From positions 1-64,000 of the forward strand of contig NIVC01002527.1 in assembly GCA_002269645.1 (NCBI GenBank): DNA of 64,000 bases, in the 5' to 3' direction. A program made the translations under genes and the position numbers. Under the pieces are notes generated by a model that saw nothing but the letters and a program-made list of their open reading frames with translations, searched no databases and had not been told where the DNA came from. Source of the DNA: Macrostomum lignano. Its lineage: Eukaryota. Position 1 is the stretch's first letter. Each line of letters begins with the position of its first letter. Below are positions 59,586-64,000 of the stretch, one piece after another.

Positions 59586-61160
59586 CTGTGTCAGGAACTG
59601 TGTCAGTAACTTTATCAACTCTATCAACTGTGTCAGAAACTTTCAGTATCTGTGTCAGGAACTTGATTAGTAATTATGCCAGTAGCTGTCAGTAATTTTC
59701 AGTAAATGCGTCAGGAACTGTTAGAAATTTGTCAGGAACTGTGTCAGAAATTTGTCAGGAACTGTGTCAGAAATTTGTCAGGAATTGTGTCAGAAATTTG
59801 TCAGGAACTGTGTCAGAAATTTGTCAGGAACTGTGTCAGAAATTTGTCAGGAACTGTGTCAGAAATTTGTCAGGAACTGTGTCAGAAATTTGTCAGGAAC
59901 TGTGTCAGAAATTTGTCAGGAACTGTGTCAGAAATTTGTCAGGAACTGTGTCAGAAATTTGTCAGGAACTGTGTCAGAAATTTGTCTGAAACTGTGTCAG
60001 AAATTTAGGGGGGCCGTAGCCCAGCGGTAGCGCAGCTGCTCTGGTGTGCCAGCGACCCAGGCTCGATTCCAAGTGCAGTCACATTAATTTGGGGCTGAAT
60101 TGGAATCTCGGCTTGGCTCTGCTCGTGCAATTAACGGCCTTGAGAGCCAACCCCCCAAGGCGCAGTGAAGTGTACATGCCTAACGATAATATAAAGTTAG
60201 GGCCACTGTACACTCCTGTGTGAGTGTGTGCCTGCGTACGTATCCGCGCGCTTGTATGCCTGCTCAGGGGAGTCGGCGGAAGGGGCAGCAATGCCTCTCG
60301 CCGGTTGTGTGCCAATGTCGCTTAAAGTGCGCCAGGGTGCACACAACCCCGCTGCCTCTAATAAAAAAAAAAATAAGTGTCAGAAATTTGGCTGGAACTG
60401 TGTCAGAAATTTGTCAGGAACTGTGTCAGAAATTTGTCTGAAACTGTGTCAGAAATTTGTTAGGAATTGTGTCAGAAATTTGTCAGGAACTGTGTCAGAA
60501 ATTTGTCAGGAACTGTGTCAGAAATTTGTCAGGAACTGTGTCAGAAATTTGTCAGGAACTGTGTCAGAAATTTGTCAGGAATTGTGTCAGAAATTTGTCA
60601 GGAATTGTGTCATAAATTTGTCAGGACTTTGTCAGAAATTTGTCAGGAACTGTGTCAGAAATTTGTCAGGAACTGTGTCAGAAATTTGTCAGGAATTGTG
60701 TCAGAAATTTGTCTGAAACTGTGTCAGAAATTTGTCAGGAACTGTGTCAGAAATTTGTCAGGAACTGTGTCAGAAATTTGTCAGGAATTGTGTCAGAAAT
60801 TTGTCAGGAATTGTGTCAGAAATTTGTCAGGACTTTGTCAGAAATTTGTCAGGAACTGTGTCAGAAATTTGTCAGGAACTGTGTCAGAAATTTGTCAGGA
60901 ACTGTGTCAGAAATTTGTCAGGAATTGTGTCAGAAATTTGTCAGGAACTGTGTCAGAAATTTGTCAGGAACTGTGTCAGAAATTTGTCAGGAATTGTGTC
61001 AGAAATTACTCGTGTTTCAGTAGCTGTATCAACTCTATCAACTGTGTCAGAAACTTTCAAGATCTGTGTCAGGAACTTTGTCGGAAACTGTACCAAAAAT
61101 TGTGTTAGTAATATCAATGTGTCAGAAATTTTCGGGACGTGTCAGTAATTTCTGTGTCAG
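59586..61160. repeat. 23-bp minisatellite (AGGAACTGTGTCAGAAATTTGTC) in APCDD1 intron 1, interrupted by a SINE
   Basis: Homogeneous core at 59705-61007 with degenerate units at both edges. Confidence 0.95.
60007..60376 (+). mobile_element. Full-length tRNA-derived SINE (family A) with an A-rich tail, inserted in the 23-bp array
   Basis: GGGGCCGTAGCCCAGCGGTAG A-box; GGCTCGATTCC B-box; tail AATAAAAAAAAAAATAA; 13-bp flanking repeat gtgtcagaaattt (59994-60006, 60377-60389). Confidence 0.88.
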
Positions 61161-61211
61161 GAAACGGTGCAGAAAAGCGACCCAATTTAAACCCAATCTT
61201 TTCATCAACAG

Positions 61212-61413
61212 GTGCGAAATCCGCCCAGGTCCTGAGTTCGTTACCCGTCGCTACCAGTTCATCAACGATACGCACTTCAGCGCCTTGCAGTTCTATTACT
61301 CTGACAGCAGCTGCAGGGACGCCTTCTATGGCCTGGAGACCAGGGGATACCTGAAGGTTGAGGGAAACTCATTGTCCCCCGGCTTATTGGGATGGAAATC
61401 CTCCGGAGACCAG
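61212..61413 (+). CDS. APCDD1: APCDD1 homologue, coding exon 2 (3' end 61413, or 61356 if the upstream donor is used)
   Basis: Acceptor ttcatcaacag|G completes STG-CEIRPGPEFVTRRYQF...FSALQFYYSDSSCRDAFYGLETRG, against human CEVRSGPEFITRSYRF...[24 protein letters not shown]. Confidence 0.88.
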
Positions 61414-61449
61414 GTGAGGCGCATGAGTTCCAGTTGTACAGGTTGAAGA

Positions 61450-62012
61450 GGACAATCTGGACTGTGTTTCTCGAGTGTACATTGGATCTGAACTGTTTTC
61501 TCGAGTGTACATTGGATCTGGACTGTGTTTCTCGAGTGTACATTGGATCTGGACTGTGTTTCTCGAGTGTACATTGGATCTGAACTGTTTTCTCGAGTGT
61601 ACATTGGATCTGGACTGTGTTTCTCGAGTGTACATTGGATCTGGACTGTGTTTCTCGAGTGTACATTGGATCTGGACTGTGTTTCTCGAGTGTACATTGG
61701 ATCTGAACTGTTTTCTCGAGTGTACATTGGATCTGGACTGTGTTTCTCGAGTGTACATTGGATATGGACTGTGTTTCTCGAGTGTACATTGGATCTGGAC
61801 TGTGTTTCTCGAGTGTACATTGGATCTGAACTGTTTTCTAGAGTGTACATTGGATCTGAACTGTTTTCTAGAGTGTACATTGCATCTGAACTGTGTTTCT
61901 CGAGTGTACATTGGATCTGAACTGTGTTTCTCGAGTGTACATTGGATCTGGACTGTTTTCTCGAGTGTACATTGGATATGGACTGTGTTTCTCGAGTGTA
62001 CATTGGATTTGA
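61450..62012. repeat. 30-31-bp minisatellite (TTCTCGAGTGTACATTGGATCTGGACTGTGT) in APCDD1 intron 2
   Basis: Direct reading. Confidence 0.95.
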
Positions 62013-63129
62013 ATTATTTCTTTGGTGTACATAGCTAGGTTTTAAATTAGTTTTTGCAAATTTGTGTATACAATGTACATTTGGATGTACATTTGCTAGT
62101 TTAATACATGTACGAAACGTTGTGCCTGATGTAAGTACTTCATTGGACATAGATTGATGTTTCACAGTACTCGATGGTATAGTTGTTTAAAGTCGAAACG
62201 ATTAAATTATGAAACCGGGGGCGGCAAAGTGACTCGGCAATTACCGCGCCAAAGAGCCAACCCCACAGAGAGTGTACATGCCTGACGATAAGAAAGTCAG
62301 GGTCGCTGTACACCCTGCGTGAGCTGACCCGGCGAACTGACTGACTGAAAGTAAGACAAAGGAAATGGACAAAGATTTCATTGAAGCTTGCTGCAGACGG
62401 TTCGAGTCTCGATAGTAACCATGGCACCGAGGCTGGGCAGCCGCATTGTAAAAGCATCAGGTTTGACAGCTTCCTTCATCCTTCCCTTCCCCCTTGTCTG
62501 ACGTAATTATGAGGCCTAAGACAGCTTAGGCCTGGCTGTGTATCAAAGGGAGGAGCCAGATACCTGCCTCTGCCAGCACCGTGTATTCCATCAACAACCT
62601 CAATGCAGACTTGATGCTTGGAGTTCTACGCAATTCAAAAGAAGCACGCAATTTCTGCAACAAGATCCTGTTAGCTAGCCAGGACCCTCGTCTTGCCGCG
62701 GCAAATTAATTATAGCTAGTCGTCTGGCTTGGCCTTTCCCCGCGAAAATTAAAAACAAAGACCTAAAGGCAGTTTACGACCTGCAATCAGTGCTTTTCCA
62801 AATGACTGACTTCTTCTTCAGCAGAAGCAGCAATTAGCCAAAGCCACCCAGAATCCGGCGGTCGCAAGAAATTGCTTTGGCAGCTCCCCAAATTGCTGGC
62901 CAGAGATCGGCTTTGCCGTTGCGCGCTAATCGAGGCCCAGCTGAGTTTATTTTTCTCTCAGTCTCAGAATCCTGGCGACAGAGAAAATTGCATCGCTTTT
63001 ATGAGCCACCGGGCTGTACAAATGAAGTTTACGACACTCTGCCCAGCCAGCATTGTGCGCGCTGGTCTCCACGCCCGGTGTTTTAGTTTGGTTGCGGTTG
63101 AGTGTCTTTGTGACTTACTGTGTGTTCAG

Positions 63130-64000
<871 letters not shown>

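Noticed and set aside
62397-63086. Candidate further APCDD1 exons 62397-62460 (TVRVSIVTMAPRLGSRIVKAS) and from 62961 (VSESWRQRKLHRFYEPPGCTNEVYDTL)
   Set aside because: Phases are compatible and FYEPPGCTNEVY faintly recalls APCDD1 [13 protein letters not shown], but the order does not fit the domain and similarity is too weak. Needs cDNA.

Overview
Eukaryotic (animal) genomic DNA, not prokaryotic. It has GC3-rich spliced genes, GT-AG introns that almost all hold a minisatellite, tRNA-derived SINEs, and hAT and mariner non-autonomous elements. This style resembles the flatworm Macrostomum, but that is inference only. Genes I could splice in frame: (1) ODAD3/CCDC151, 2 exons, + strand; (2) a TRH-receptor-type GPCR, 3 exons, +; (3) a Cid1/TUT-family nucleotidyltransferase-fold gene, 4 exons, -, which lacks two of the three catalytic aspartates and has a long tail with an 11-aa repeat; (4) glutaminyl-tRNA synthetase, 6 exons, -; (5) an unrecognised 2-exon, 132-aa coiled-coil gene, +; (6) an APCDD1 homologue, first two coding exons, +, running off the window. 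There is also a weaker Ala-rich repeat ORF at about 50.4-51.5 kb. Most interesting: the pseudo-nucleotidyltransferase; a RIP-like CpA>TpA plus CpG transition pattern between the arms of two mariner-derived inverted-repeat elements, with a 5.7-kb CpG-poor block; a different minisatellite in nearly every intron, with links to hAT MITE ends; and a nested hAT element carrying clustered E2F-consensus words. All alignments and counts were done by eye, and repeat boundaries are approximate.
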